Numbered from the stretch's first letter, positions 14,601 to 28,287 are shown. The stretch is DNA of 64,000 nucleotides from Oikopleura dioica (GCA_907165135.1 OU015568.1:11532001-11596000); one strand, 5' to 3'. Made by a program: numbers and translations. Notes: generated by a model not told the origin, from the sequence alone.

Positions 14601-17600
14601 GCATTTACAAAAATAACAAATTTAGAACACTTCCTATAAAAAGTGTATTTTTCTAATTACGAAATTTTTCATGTAAACTCACTGCTCAAATGACTGTATC
14701 AATGAAACAGGTAGTCGGAGCCCCTTACCATCAGGACACTTTGGTGGCAGTGGAAGAAGTGCTCTCGAAGCAGGCAGAAGTGGCATCGGACGTCTTTCGG
14801 ATTGTGATGAGCTCGAACACGCTCAGGAACAACGAGCGACTCTCGGTGATATCCCGGGAACACAATTTTCAACACTTCCTCACCCGATTCGGAAGGGATC
14901 AGTACTTGAAGCGTACACTTCATAACCGGCGCTTTTTGATACCGAGCGCTTACTAAGGGGATAGAAGAGACGGTCCTTAGTTATGAAAATTGAAAAATTA
15001 ACTTTTTTACTTACAGGCAAAGAGACGGGGGTTGATTACAAAATAATAATTTTCTGTTTATTTTGAAATGCGTGTTTCTTTCTGAATCTTTTGCAACTTG
15101 CAAGGGGCACTGAGAATAATTTAATAAACACGCCAAATATCTGAGTTGAAAAGAAAAAACGACACGTTACAAAGACTGTAAATATAGCAGATAATCTAAT
15201 TCTCGAGATCAGTGCGCAGTGCCATGTCATCAGTTAGAAAAGAGCAGGTTGTTTTCTCTTGCGTCGGCTAATCGGTTTTATGCACGGGCGAAGAAGGTCT
15301 GAGTGCATCGCCTTGATGCACTTACTTCACGGGGTCACTGTTTTCGTAAAGCTAAATAGCTTAGACAGGCCGATGATGCTTTTCGTAAAGGGATTCCATC
15401 ATTCCTGTATAAACCAACGTGCTTCTCCGTCATCCCCTCATTTGCCAATCGCGCTCTAAGCAGACGAAGTAACGCTCCACACTCTCGGCCAAAGACGCCC
15501 AAACTGCTCATTTTCTATCTGCGGCCGGCGAAAAACATATTTTGACGTGCTTCCTCATTTCAGAACTTTAATTGAACCTTTTGAGTTTTCTTCCCGCTAT
15601 ATTTCAAAACATAGACATCGAAATTACAGACTTTTGGTAGATAAAGAAACAACAAATCTTCAATTGAAGTCAGACCAAGAACTTCTAGCGGAATAGCGCT
15701 TTTTAGGATTAGAATAGTAAACCAAAGATTGAGCCTCAAAAGAGCGATATGAATGGTAAAAATGGACAATCGGTAAAAATCGTGGAAGCAATTTCGGAGC
15801 GCCTTGAAGTCAAGTACTCAATAAAAACAACAACGACACATGATGATTTTCAAGGTAAAAGTTGCGGGAAAATCTCGGGCACTTGGGCAGTAAATGAAGT
15901 TCAACGCTATCGTGTCTTTTTTTAAAGTTCATACTTTTTTGTGAACGAAAACGACTGGTATTGGATAGGATCTTCTCTAATCATAATTATGCAAATCAGA
16001 AGTCTCTCTTTTTTGAAAAGGGTTTATCTTTAGGAAACACTTTCACGGTGATGCGCACGCATGGTGAATTTGAATGGCTTTTCAGCTCACTAGCGGAGAA
16101 CCCCAAGTACTGGGGATTTATCATACCGGTATGCTCTCGCTTTCCGGAAATCGTAATTGAATTTATTTCAAGGGCAAGCCTGAGAAATGTGATATGTCTG
16201 AAATAAGGGCGCGATTTGGGCGACTTGTTGAATTTGAAGAAATGCACAGGAAAGAGTGGCCATTGTAAAAGTTCAACGCTTTGAAATTCAAAGTTTGAAT
16301 CATAATTTTTTTGAAGTTGCTTGGCAAGATTGTCTGCGTAAATTAATTCTTTTTTACCCAGTAGCGTATGTTAAACCCGGTCGTGCACGTTAACCCCCAG
16401 CTGCGCCCTCGACATCGAGATTAAACGAAAAAATGTGATCGGGTTTATTCTTGCATTAGAACTACCACTGCTCTATTAGAGACAGAACTAATGACGTTTT
16501 GGGCAATGGGCATTGATCGTAGCAAAGTGAATTAGCTTCTGGGCGCTTTGTGACACCTAATTGTGAGGGTAAAACGCGTTGAACCGTTTTTGGTAACTCT
16601 GCGGCAAGCCATGACGAATTCGTTCGTGAGAAGGACGAAGTCACCGCTCAGTACTTAGGGAAGGGGGGATCATGCGCCCAAGGAAATTTCTTTCTAAGCC
16701 ATTTATTTCTGAAGATTTTCGCTCTCTCCTTTATTCCCTAGGATATGAAGGTGAAACGGTTTCACCGCTAGAAATTCAAAGGATACTAAGTTTCGGCTAA
16801 AAAGGAAAGTTAAACTTAGCTCGGCTTCCATAAGCACTCGTGTCGGCTTTTCCCGACATTCTCCCTGAATAGCTGAATTCAAGCGCACAGTCGTTCGCCA
16901 CGAACTCTTCTTGAAACGAATAGGTACGTGTCAAACCGTAATAACCGCCCCGTTCCTGTCGAGCGGCAGCTTTCATTTCAAGTTCAGTGGAGCATCCAAC
17001 ACTCAGCGCTGATGGCGATTTGCAATTATTTTTGACGTTTCCAGGTTTGATTTCAGCGATCGCGTCAACACGCTTAACAAGCACGTTTTAGGTCAATTAG
17101 AAGTTCCCCAGCAGAAGAGTTCTATTTATTTTGAAAATTTAACACGAATTCAAATAGAGCTCTTTTTAGTCTTCAGGAAAGCTTTTGAATTTCTTCAAAG
17201 CAATTTACAAAACTGACGATTCTTCTCTTCTATCAATCGAAGGTTTGTGTTAGTATACTGCCCTCAACATGAGCAGAATTCGGTGAATGTTGGACTTGAG
17301 CTTCTCAGTCCTCTAATGAGCCGCCGAACGTGTCGTAATTCAACGCGAATTTCACTGCGTTTGAGAATTTTACATGGAAAATGGCATCTTCAAAGATGAT
17401 GCGAGAACACATGTTTAGGGATTTGTAATTTGTGGTTAGTTTTCATGAATCAGTACCCTATTTCTTGGAATGATCGTAAAGTTTTGTCTCGTCGTCGTTA
17501 ATATGAAATGGATAATAATTATTAAAATTTATTAAATAGAAAAATAAGTGCTGTGGTCATGGGTACATGGAGCAATAGAAACTTTTGTTGCATTTTAAAA

Positions 17601-19084
17601 ATGGAATTATGAAGAGAAAAAAAACATTTTAAGGAATTCATATTTTGAGAGTAACTGAAACAAAAAGTAACAGGGCTTAAATGCAAGTTCAGACCGAAAG
17701 ATGGCGCAAAGTACCACCTGATTGCAGCGAGATATCGCGGTAGGAGCCATCTGATTTTTGGCCTTATCTGATCTAAAAGTTTACTGTTTGAACTCAGCTG
17801 GCCCTTAGATGCATAGTAAAATGCTGGACATTAGTTTAGAGCACCAAGAAGCTCATCGTTTACATTAAACTAGCCATAGACAAGTTTTTACTAACAAGCG
17901 TTTTGATTGTACATGACTACGATTCATGTCGTTACGGCACCGTTTGCTCGAAACAGATTATCCCTTTTATCTTCAAATATACTTTAGATAGCGACTTCTT
18001 CTTCGAAACGAATAAAAACTTCGTGCTCGATTATCTGCCGAAACTTCAGGGATGAAGGGGCTTTAACACTCATAAAGATAACTCCAGATTTTTCCATTGC
18101 CGTCGTAAAAACTCCCTAAAATTGAGTCATTTGCAACGAAAACGTTGAGTATACATATCTTCTTGGAATTTCTTATACATTTTTCGATCGATTAAATTCA
18201 GCGTAGACTGTGATGTATAATCTCGTGTATAGGAAAGATGTAAACCTGACTAGTGTCTCCGGCGCTAATATATTACTCTGATGCAATAGCTAATCAGATG
18301 CTCTAAATAACATGGTTCCGATACTTGACCAGGTCGAGTTTCCCTGACAAAGACATGCTCCGCTGCATACAAGGAGACAAGCACTTTTCGTCATCACTTA
18401 TCTTTTCTATCAATCCCCGGTCCCGACAATCCTTCACTTTTTCGTTCTAAAGTCAAACTGATAGCTAACCACCAAGTTTCATGTTCAAACATCATTTTTC
18501 GACAAAACCGCATTTACAAAAAATAACAAATTTAGAACACTTCCTATAAAAAGTGTATTTTTCTAATTACGAAATTTTTCATGTAAACTCACTGCTCAAA
18601 TGACTGTATCAATGAAACAGGTAGTCGGAGCCCCTTACCATCAGGACACTTTGGTGGCAGTGGAAGAAGTGCTCTCGAAGCAGGCAGAAGTGGCATCGGA
18701 CGTCTTTCGGATTGTGATGAGCTCGAACACGCTCAGGAACAACGAGCGACTCTCGGTGATATCCCGGGAACACAATTTTCAACACTTCCTCACCCGATTC
18801 GGAAGGGATCAGTACTTGAAGCGTACACTTCATAACCGGCGCTTTTTGATACCGAGCGCTTACTAAGGGGATAGAAGAGACGGTCCTTAGTTATGAAAAT
18901 TGAAAAATTAACTTTTTTACTTACAGGCAAAGAGACGGGGGTTGATTACAAAATAATAATTTTCTGTTTATTTTGAAATGCGTGTTTCTTTCTGAATCTT
19001 TTGCAACTTGCAAGGGGCACTGAGAATAATTTAATAAACACGCCAAATATCTGAGTTGAAAAGAAAAAACGACACGTTACAAAG
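11268..19084. repeat. Head-to-tail tandem duplication of a ~3.9-kb unit (11268-15174 and 15175-19084)
   Basis: Eight ORF pairs translate identically at offsets of 3906-3910. Junction ...gttacaaag|actgtaaatatag at 15174/15175. The differences I found are four homopolymer length changes. Confidence 0.97.
11842..15174 (+). pseudogene. 5' part (PX domain and start of BAR) of the SNX5/6-like gene in duplicate copy 1; truncated by the duplication unless spliced into copy 2 exons
   Basis: Same exons as the copy starting at 15749: 11842-11947, 12128-12222 (TFTVMRTHGEFEWLFSSLAENPKYWGFIIP), SHDEFVREKDEVTAQYL, AEFKRTVVRHELFLKRI, VEHPTLSADGDLQLFL. Confidence 0.7.
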
Positions 19085-22000
19085 AAAATATATTTTTGCA
19101 AAACACGGCGTTTCGTAAGCGAAAGGAAATTTTCTTCAGTTGGCAGTTAATTTAGCCGACGAACTTGGCGATAAGGAAAAGAAGTAATTATTATTGTCGT
19201 TTACGAAAACGTGCCATCTTTGCGTATATTACAAGGGCTCGCGGTACTATCAATCTAAAGCCATCCTGGATTTGTGCTTTCAATTCGGCCAGTACTTTCT
19301 TTATCTAAGTCTTTCTTCTAAGACAGGTTTGTGATAAAACGCGTTGCCAAAGGAGTCCTTGTTCTCCACGTGCTCACTTTTTTTACAAAATTCTTCCTGT
19401 CAATTAAATTTTTGCCGCGCTCAAGTGCCAATTTGATTTGAACTCATCCCTAGAAAGAACGTCATTTGGAATTCTTGAAGGCAAGTTCATCCCCTTTTTT
19501 GAAAATCATTTGATGCGTGCGCTAGAATAATCCCTATCGTGCTAAAAATTGATTATTTAAACAGTCACCGCAAAGAAAAGACGTAGAAACTCGTAATCGT
19601 TTTTACAAGAAAAGCTTTGTACAGAGATGTAATTCTTTATAGAAGGAAACTGATTTTGCGTCAAAGTTGCTTGAAGCTTGAAGCTTGAAGCTCTAGGGCA
19701 AAGACTTGTTAACTAATGTGACTTTTTAGAAAATTGAGACCGATCAAATGAACGAGCTCCAGCAGCAGCTTGCCGATGCACTTAAGGTAAACACTAGCTT
19801 TCTTATGAACGCTTTTTCAAAAATTGCTGGGCCTAATTAGTGACGAAGTAAATGCTTTTAGGTACAAGAATCAGAGACAATCGCATGCAAAGATCTGCTG
19901 ATCCGACGCGCCCGGTAATTCTAAAAATCAAATTTTTAAAGGTCCTAGTGCACTCGCGGTATCGTGCTCGAACCTGTGTCACAGAGGGTAATTTTGTTGG
20001 GCCTTGCACTGATAAGACGTTTTGGTTCTTATGAAAACGACGACGGCCCGCGCAGCGAGAGCCCATAGTCCAAAAAACACAACGACACAGAATGATAAGC
20101 CAAGATCGCGAAAGTATGACCACAACATTGATATACTCAGTATTTGATAGGATAAAAGCGCCTCTCAAGCTTTCTAGTGTACTAGAACTTGAATGATCCC
20201 CGTCTACTAGCCAATAAAGTGCCAACTGCTATCAACAGGTTAAATTGCTTCATAGAAATTTTCGTCAAATCATTTTTCTTGAAATTCTAGCCATTATCCT
20301 CTGAGCCACTCAGGGATCTAAATTTTTGCCGAAAATCAATTGCGATTGCGATGCGATTGCGACGCAAAATACTCCGGAAATTGCGATGCGATTGCGATTT
20401 TTGTCGCAAATTGCGAATTTTTCGCGAATTGCGATTTTGTCGCTATTTGCGAAATTTCAGCGAAAAAAGTAACTTTTCATAGAATTTAAGAAAATTTTTT
20501 GAGGTCAGGCTTTCAATTAAGCATTAAGAACACAGAACATAGGCTCTGAGTCAAAGAAAACTGATGTCAGAATAACAAGGGAGCACTCTGACAAGACCGA
20601 AATTCGCAAAAAAATCGCAATTTGCGAATTATTAGCGAAAACTGAGTTGCGATTGCGATGCGATTGCGATTAGATCAAAAAAGTTTTTGCGATTGCGAAT
20701 TTTCTGCGAAATTTCGCATCGCAATCGCAAAATATTCGCAAATTGCGATTTTCGCGAAAAAATTTAGATCCCTGGAGCCACTTGTTTTAGCCGCCGAGCT
20801 TGAAATTTCTTGCGCTTTTGGTGCATACCAAAGAGGCTAAATTAAAAATTTCAGAGCAGCAGCGAACTGTGCGAAATGTAAACGTGAGCTCGATAAAGCC
20901 ACATCACAAGGGAAGAATGTGCAGGTACATCACGTGAAGCCCAGCGCGGCGGTTCACATACACAGTAGCACAGCAGGTCTATTCTTTTCTAAGTTCAAGA
21001 AAAAATTTTCTGCGACTTTGAACACAAATATCACGGCATGTAACACAGTGTCAGTCCTCAAGTGAGAAGAATGTTCACTAGAATGTGTAAAAATTGACCT
21101 TCAGCCGCTTGAACAATTTCGGCTAAAATGTCACACTACGTTTTTTCACCAAATAGCTTATTTAACCAAAGTGTTTAGAATAATTTACTTGTTTTCTGGA
21201 GAACCTCTCTCACCTTTTCAAATCTTTTGAAAACTGTCCCTTTTTGAACTTTGAAAAGTTTCAAATTTGGTTGTGATAAAAATCGCAACGTAACACTCTA
21301 TCAGGTAAACTTAACTTTGATTTCAGCAAGTGGCTGAAGTGTCCCGCGAAACAAACGAACTGCTGGACCTTCTATCAGCGGAAGGCAAGGAACGGATACC
21401 GAGAAGATACCCTTACGTACTCCGAACGAGTTCAACTTTAGTGACATCACCCGTCACAACCCGAGATAATATTTAAATTTCGGATTTTTGAGGAATCGGC
21501 ACGACTTTTCTTTTGGCTTAAAATATCTTACTCCGTCAGCGGTATTTTCCTATAAGAGTGATATAGAAATAACAGGTCATTTAAAAGCTATTTAGACCGT
21601 GAGTTTTCAGCTCTTAAACGCGGCATTTAGCGTCATCAGCGGTGCGAAACGAAACGTGGATGTTGAGCGCGTTCTTACAAGGTTCACATGAATTTTCAAC
21701 CTCAAAGCTCTCATTATTACAGTTCTGATCAATGCTGTTTTTTCTCATGCGAGATTATAAATTCACGGCCAAATTCTTTTTCTTAGAAGCCAATCCCTTA
21801 GAATAAAGACGAAAATAGTCGAAATAAACGTCAAATTAATTTTTTACACAAATTTTTTGAACAAATTTAATTTTCAAAATCAAATAAGTTTAAGTAGCAA
21901 AGGTTTCGTTACATCAACAAAATTCGCACGATGCTCACTAGTTCCAGAGTCCGAGAGTATAAACGTGTTTAACTAACGGAAGTACGAGGCGATGCCGTAT

Positions 22001-22209
22001 CAGGCAGGTTCTCACGTAAAACACCTCTCGTTGATCCGCGAAAGGATGAAATTAGCAGCTTCGCGGATCGACGCCAGCTCGACCTGCTCTCGGCAATCGC
22101 TAGTCTTCAACAGAGCCAGCTCAAACAAACCCAAGTAACTGCCATTTTAGACGACTTAAAAGACATCTACGTAAAAACACAGATACCACTCAGAAGAACT
22201 CTTCTTTGA
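15749..22209 (+). CDS. SNX5/6: Sorting nexin of the SNX5/SNX6/SNX32 (PX-BAR) group, complete copy
   Basis: Exon peptides run in order along SNX6 as I recall it: VKIVEAISERLEVKYSIKT, FTVMRTHGEFEWLFSSLAENPKYWGFIIP, AEFKRTVVRHELFLKRI, DSDFFFETNKNFVLDY, KIETDQMNELQQQLADALK (~19730-19786), ESETIACKDLLIRRAR (19862-19914), CKRELDKATSQGKNVQ (20855-), SFADRRQLDLL (~22060-). A few small exons and the exact stop are uncertain. Confidence 0.85.
20311..20774. mobile_element. 464-bp hAT-family MITE in an SNX intron
   Basis: TIR CAGGGATCTAAATTTTT is perfect for 17 bp and imperfect to ~27 bp. Exact 8-bp TSD GAGCCACT (20303-20310, 20775-20782). Subterminal TTGCGA/TCGCAA repeat arrays. Confidence 0.92.
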
Positions 22210-23299
22210 GTGCGCTCAAAAATTATATTTTTCGAGCACTAGAAGAAACGTGGTTCTCATCGATAAGATCTGAACTTCATGGAAAATTAAACATTTCGTT
22301 CGTTGATGATTAAAATTAGTAAAATCAAAATTATCGGAAAAGAAATCTAATTTAACTGTTTTGCCATTATTCTATTCTCAAAGATTAAAGAAAAAAATCT
22401 TTAAAAAATGACAAATCTGTTGGAAATCCGATTTATTTTGCCAATCCTTTTCATATTTCAATAATTTTAAAGCAACGTTTAAAATCGAATCAAGTCATAA
22501 TCTCCCGCAGCTGCTAATTAGAATTATTCCCTTTTAGGCAAAGATCGTGCAACTGGAGCAATGCGTGTTGGAATTACGTTCTATAGCTTGAAGTACTTGC
22601 GGCGTGCTTATCCTCGCAAAGTTAACGCAAAGGTCGTGTCGGTTTTCGCGATTCCGCCCTGGTTCAAGAGCATCACTCAGATTCCCTTTTAACGTGCTCT
22701 TTCTTTCACCCACTTGTTTACACGCACTGCCACGTACCTGTATAAATAAACGACTCTCTTTGAACGTTGATTCTTCTTATGTTCTTTTTCTGGGACTCTT
22801 TGCTGAGTCCTTAATTCAATAGCTAACCCTCAACCCTTCCCTCAGCGCCTTAAATTTAAATTTTCTTTCTTTCCTCGTTCTTCGAAATGCAAATCGTTTT
22901 TCCTTGAGCCACGTTACTAACCGTAAAAATGCTGAAAACGAAAAGTGCCCATCCAAAGTGCGGCTAGAGAGAAATCTTATCGAAGTTCGATAAACCGGCC
23001 AATCTTTTAGAGGACGACTAGTTGAAGCGCTAAATTAAACTCAATCAGCGGTCATTTGTGGATTTATCATCGATTGATCATACAATATCCGAAAAGGAAA
23101 CGCTGCGTGAGTTCGATAATTTTTCTCAATTGCGCGATTTTCTAAATTCTAAAAGCAAGAAAGCTTTGAAGTGAAGAAATAATCGTGAAGTTACTAAGAG
23201 CGGGTAAAAATTCAGGAAATCTTCAAAGAATGGGATCGCGGTAAAGCTTGACGGCGAAAATCCCCAATTGAGCCTATTAAGAAAACTTAGTCTTCGTTG

Positions 23300-26200
23300 A
23301 ACCTTCTTGACTCGTATTCGCTTAGATTCTGTTTTTGTTATTGAAAGACAGTTTGCTTCATTTTGGTGACAGGTGGCTAGTGGTTGGGTATTACGAGGTA
23401 GGGGGCCACTTTTCAGCCAATTTAGAGACAAATTCTTGAGGTAAACCCGGACGGCATATTTCTTGGTGCTGTTACAGGGGAAATCTACCCGTTATCCCCC
23501 ACATCGAATTCTGCTCCATCAACAAATCCCTTTTCATTCCAAATGTACCTTAGAACCATAGATTGGTGAAAAGATAAAGATCTGTTTGAACAAGTAAGGG
23601 CAGCTCAGTGCAAATCCGGGATACACGATTTTAAATTCACTCATCTTACCCCCGACTCCGTCCCTAAAAGATCGTATCGTAATTGTTCTAAAATGATTGT
23701 CGAAAATCCTGTCACGTTTGCAACTTGCTGTCGAGTTGCAAACTGTTCAGGATTTGCTCTAGTACTCTTCGGCATGTTGTTACAATAATCCGGAATTACG
23801 GCGAAAATCTTCGCCTTCGTTTTTTTCGTGAGACTTTTGACAGACTCTAACGCTCTAAGAATGTTTTCTTGACAGGATGATTTGAACCTACTCGATCATG
23901 TTTATAAGCAAACGCTGGCCCTAGAATGTACTTTTCTGACTAGATACCCTTAATTTGTTTAGACCTTGTCTCGGGGGTTGTCTTATATTCGGGTTTAGCT
24001 GTAGTGACTAAAAAGCGGTAGTCCCAAAAGCTCGTTCAAACATCTGAGCAGATGAATTTATTAAAATCTTGCTTGATCAAGGTAGCGCCGCTAAGATTTC
24101 TTATGAAGAAACAAATTGGATATATTTGCGAGTAGATTTTCGAGTAACGTGGGGTTGGCCCGTCCGCCAGCAAGAAACGCTTGGACGTCTATTTCGAATT
24201 CTCACAAGAAGATTTTGGGCGGAGTATGTTTGGCCTCTTTATGGCACCTTGCTCTCACGCTTGTTTCCCAGGGATCATCGCCGATGAATAAAGGTACCCT
24301 AAGCCCTTTCCAAAGCAGCCTCAGCAGATTTCGTGTAAGTTTTATCGTTGTATAATCACCTGGTTTTATACGTAACTAGATTTTCGGAAAGTTCTGTATC
24401 TTCTTTGCATAAGGCGTCAAAAAGCTGCTAAATTGTCTTGCTAATGCATTCAAAGACGAAATAAGCTTCAGAAAACATCATGACTCATGAGTCAAAGACT
24501 TTCGATGAAGCACTTCGAGGATAACGATATGGACGAGTTTTCTTATGATGTCAAGAGGGAGTATATCTGTGTTATCAGAAACGCGATGTGTCCGACTATG
24601 TACACATGTGAATGTCACGTTGAATTCGCCGACTATTTCGCGAGATAAAATTATCGCTAAGCAGCCACGAGACAGATCTCACCCCTCACGTTGTGAAATA
24701 GTTTATTTGCAAAATACTTCAAATCGCAAATATACAGAATGATTCGTAAATGAAGATAAGCTACAGGTTTAACATAAACAGGGCTTATTTTAGTTGCAGT
24801 CAAGCTGAAGGTAAGTTATGTACAGTAAAAAATTGAGCAACAAAAATACGGCGTAAGAAGCACATCCTTTTTCCTACTAAAGAACTGAGCATCAAAGAAG
24901 CTAATAAACAATGCCCGGTGAAGGCTCCCGGTAAATTGATGCACTTAGCTGCCTGCCTAAATTGCTTTTATGCTCTTGCGGATTTGGTGTATCTTTTGCC
25001 GATTGAGCACCCCGTGGATTTAGACAATTAAAAGTGCAGCTGTCGGAGGAAGAGCCAAAGCACCCAATCCCCATTTTGGCTGGAGAAACCGCCACGTTAA
25101 GTTTTCGAAACGTTTTCTTTTACCATTGATAAGTTATCAGCCCTCCCGCCGTGCGCGAACTTGTTGCGGTAGAATTGTTGTCGAGGGAGCATGTCGATCC
25201 ATCTACTTAGTTTCTTGAGGTCAACTAGAAAACGTGTGGGAATCGAATTTAACACTCGCTTTGGTAGTGCTAAATTGGCCCGATTTCTTGTCCGGAGAGG
25301 ACATCTGTTGTAGCAAAGAAGTTGACATTCTCACCGAAGAGCCCCTCTCTTTCTCTTCTTTTCAGCACAAGAAAGATGTCCGTATGTGTGCGGAAGCTCA
25401 TATAAGAGCGATTCGTCCGCGAGTACTCAGTAGCAAATGTGCACACGTGTGAGTATGTTCTCGCTGAACCGCAGAAACGCTGCCCCAGCGACTCTAAACA
25501 CAATGCGGAACACTCTTCACTTTCAAGAATTTTTCGCTGTTTTCGCGCGGCTCCTTTCTCAGTCAAGTACTCGCCAGTACCTGCGTTCCCAGATCAATAA
25601 CGAACAATGAGTCGAAAAGCGGCAATTCTTTTCCGCTAGAAAATTGCAAATCTCACGTTTTCAGCACACTGTATTTATTAACCGTACCGCTTCGCAATAT
25701 ATTTATTGTTTTAAGGTTGTAAGATCTGCAAGGGAAATTAGATACGTTCTTGCTCAAAACAAAATTGCAAAGTGACAATAACATTTCGTTCGCAGATTGG
25801 ATTGGAGAGCTTCTTGTCCCGTTGGTTCACGCCAGAGTGGCTTGCTTGTCGCAAATAAGTCACTATTATGTTCTCGAGCAAAGGCCACTAACGATTCGTT
25901 TCATAAATATTCTCATGCCTCTTTGTCAAGTTCATAGAATAGCGTTATGTCTTTCCAACTTGTTTTCGTCAAAACAAACGGAAATTGAAATTTACTTATC
26001 TGAGTATTTCTTCCAACAGCAGATGTTATAGCGAATTATACAGAATGAAAAATTGCACCATGTAAGAATATGCTTAGAAATCGATAAACAACGAAATGAC
26101 TTTACAAGACAAATTGCCGATAAATCCGCATTTGCCTTTTACGAAAGAATAATCGCGCGCGAATAACGTGAAAATTGGATTTCCTCGTGGCCGATTGTTA

Positions 26201-28287
26201 GGAATAAATAAAGCTGACGAATAGGTACACCCTTCGTATTGATCAAAAGCAGATCCTTTCGCCGAAAAACGGTCGATACTAAAAGTGATGCGATCGCAGT
26301 TTGTAGCAAAGGGGCGACCTGGAGCCGCGCTTCCGGTGCAAAATTTCCGCAACACGGAAATGAATATTCTAAACGATGAAATTTCAGTAAGTTTTAAAAG
26401 TTGACAAGCGCGCCAACTGAGCAGAGTCAAGGGCCACCAATCTTGGGATGTTCGCGAAACATAAAATCCACGTTCAGGCAGCTTGCTCATTTTCGAAGAT
26501 GATACAATACCCTCTTATCGATTTCACTGTCCCTCTTACGAATGATACAGATCCCCTCCATCTGACAGATATTTGAGGGTTCATACGTATGTTGATTTGA
26601 TGAACCGTGTCAACAACGATTCGACTATCGTATGATGGCTGATCGCTCTTTGTTGACGCCATTCAGAATAGATTTAAAGTCGTGCCACTGCCTAAAACTG
26701 GTCACCTATCATCCGAGGCAAGAAAAGACAAATAGAACCGCGTGGCAAAGCCGAAATTACATGTGCTGATGTGTAATTCAGAATAACAATCTGCAATCGG
26801 CTTTACAACCTTCAAGCCACCTGAACGGTCTCTGTTGTGATAAAAAAGAAAAAGGTCGTTTTCTTTTCTCTTCATTACTTCTAAACGTGGTTTGTTGTGG
26901 TATCATTAGCTCGGCCTAGTACCTGCTGTTTTGGATTAACGTTTTTCGTAACGGTGTTATGGATCAACCAGTGTAATATTATTCGATCGTTGTCCAATTG
27001 TGTGGACTTCTAACACAAAAAATGGGTTATGAAAGAGTTGAAGAAATAAACAAAAAAGACCATTGACGAATCATAAATTATTTTCAAGCAGTATTTTGCT
27101 TAAAGGAGACTACTTTTATACACTTTTTTTCGCGGAGAAAAAAGTTGAGCCTTATTTCTAAACCTAATCCCATAATTCTTTGTATGTATTTGCTTAAAGC
27201 ATGTCAGCGCGTTCGTTTTATGTTTACCGGATTATGGTTTTCATCAAGGCGCTTAATTTTCTCTTATTAAAATAACGACCGCTTCACGTAATAAATGTTA
27301 GATTATGTCTGACTTAGGTAGTTTCGGAGACACGTGTCGGACAACGTTACGAGATGACATGAGGGGGTTAATTTCCCTCATTGTTGACAAGCGGTATTAT
27401 TCTATACTATCACTCGGCGCAGGACTTTTTTCAACAACCGGTTGTGGCGAATTCCGCCGAGAAAGCATGTGAAACTCGTCGAATCAATAGTAAGCTTGAA
27501 GGTTTGAAAGTGGAGATTAACCGAGTGAACACGCCTTTTAATGATGATGAAAGCGAATTTTCAGGGATTTAACGCGGCTCAAGTGCGGATTTTATAATAA
27601 ACTTGGAAGCATACCACTTTATAGAGGCACTTCTACGGCAGTCACATAAAGAATGACGAATTGAAAACAACTGAGCATCACCTAACAAAACGTCAAGAAC
27701 TTGAAAAAACTAGACCTGGAGTACCTCCACGAAGTAGTGTTTTAACAGGCCCTCAATAGGTGGATTTCCATAAATGAGCTCCTGTCCAGAAAATAATAAG
27801 TGTCTCCAGCCGCATGTGTCACCTCGCCAGATAGATTGTGTCAAGCGCCAGAAGATCGGCGACTTAATCACGAAACACTTACGTAAACTTTTGGCGGCCA
27901 AAAATGAACTGAAACGGACATTTGGGGTTCTAAAATCACTCGATGGATACGTAGTATCAGACAAGGGCTCACACCAGAAAGTGCTCGTAACTTGCTGCAT
28001 ATTTTATTCAATCCAAAGTGGCATGCGTATTGGTACATACTCCTTGACGGTTTCTGCGACTTTCCATGGATATTCTAACCCTTATTCAGCGTCTGAATAC
28101 TTTTTCCTGATCTTTGAGAGAAAAAGTTTCATTGATAATTTCGATTTCATAAAACTACCTTACTTTTGAATTTCTGCAAGCTCCAGTTGTTTTATGAGCA
28201 AGTATCAGCGGGCCTAGTGGTAACTCTTTGAAAGATAAACATTTTAAGAAGTGTTAATCGTCCGAAAATAAGTGTTATCATTTTCAT
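23300..28287 (-). CDS. Probable multi-exon secreted protein with PAN/apple-like cysteine modules; boundaries approximate
   Basis: ORF 25270-25566 contains EECSALCLESLGQRFCGSARTYSHVCTFATEYSRT...TDIF (C-x3-C...C...C spacing of PAN/apple). Similar Cys segments in the 26074-26490 and 24901-25095 ORFs. Splice-bounded exons on the minus strand. Candidate hydrophobic start MKMITLIF at 28287. Confidence 0.4.
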
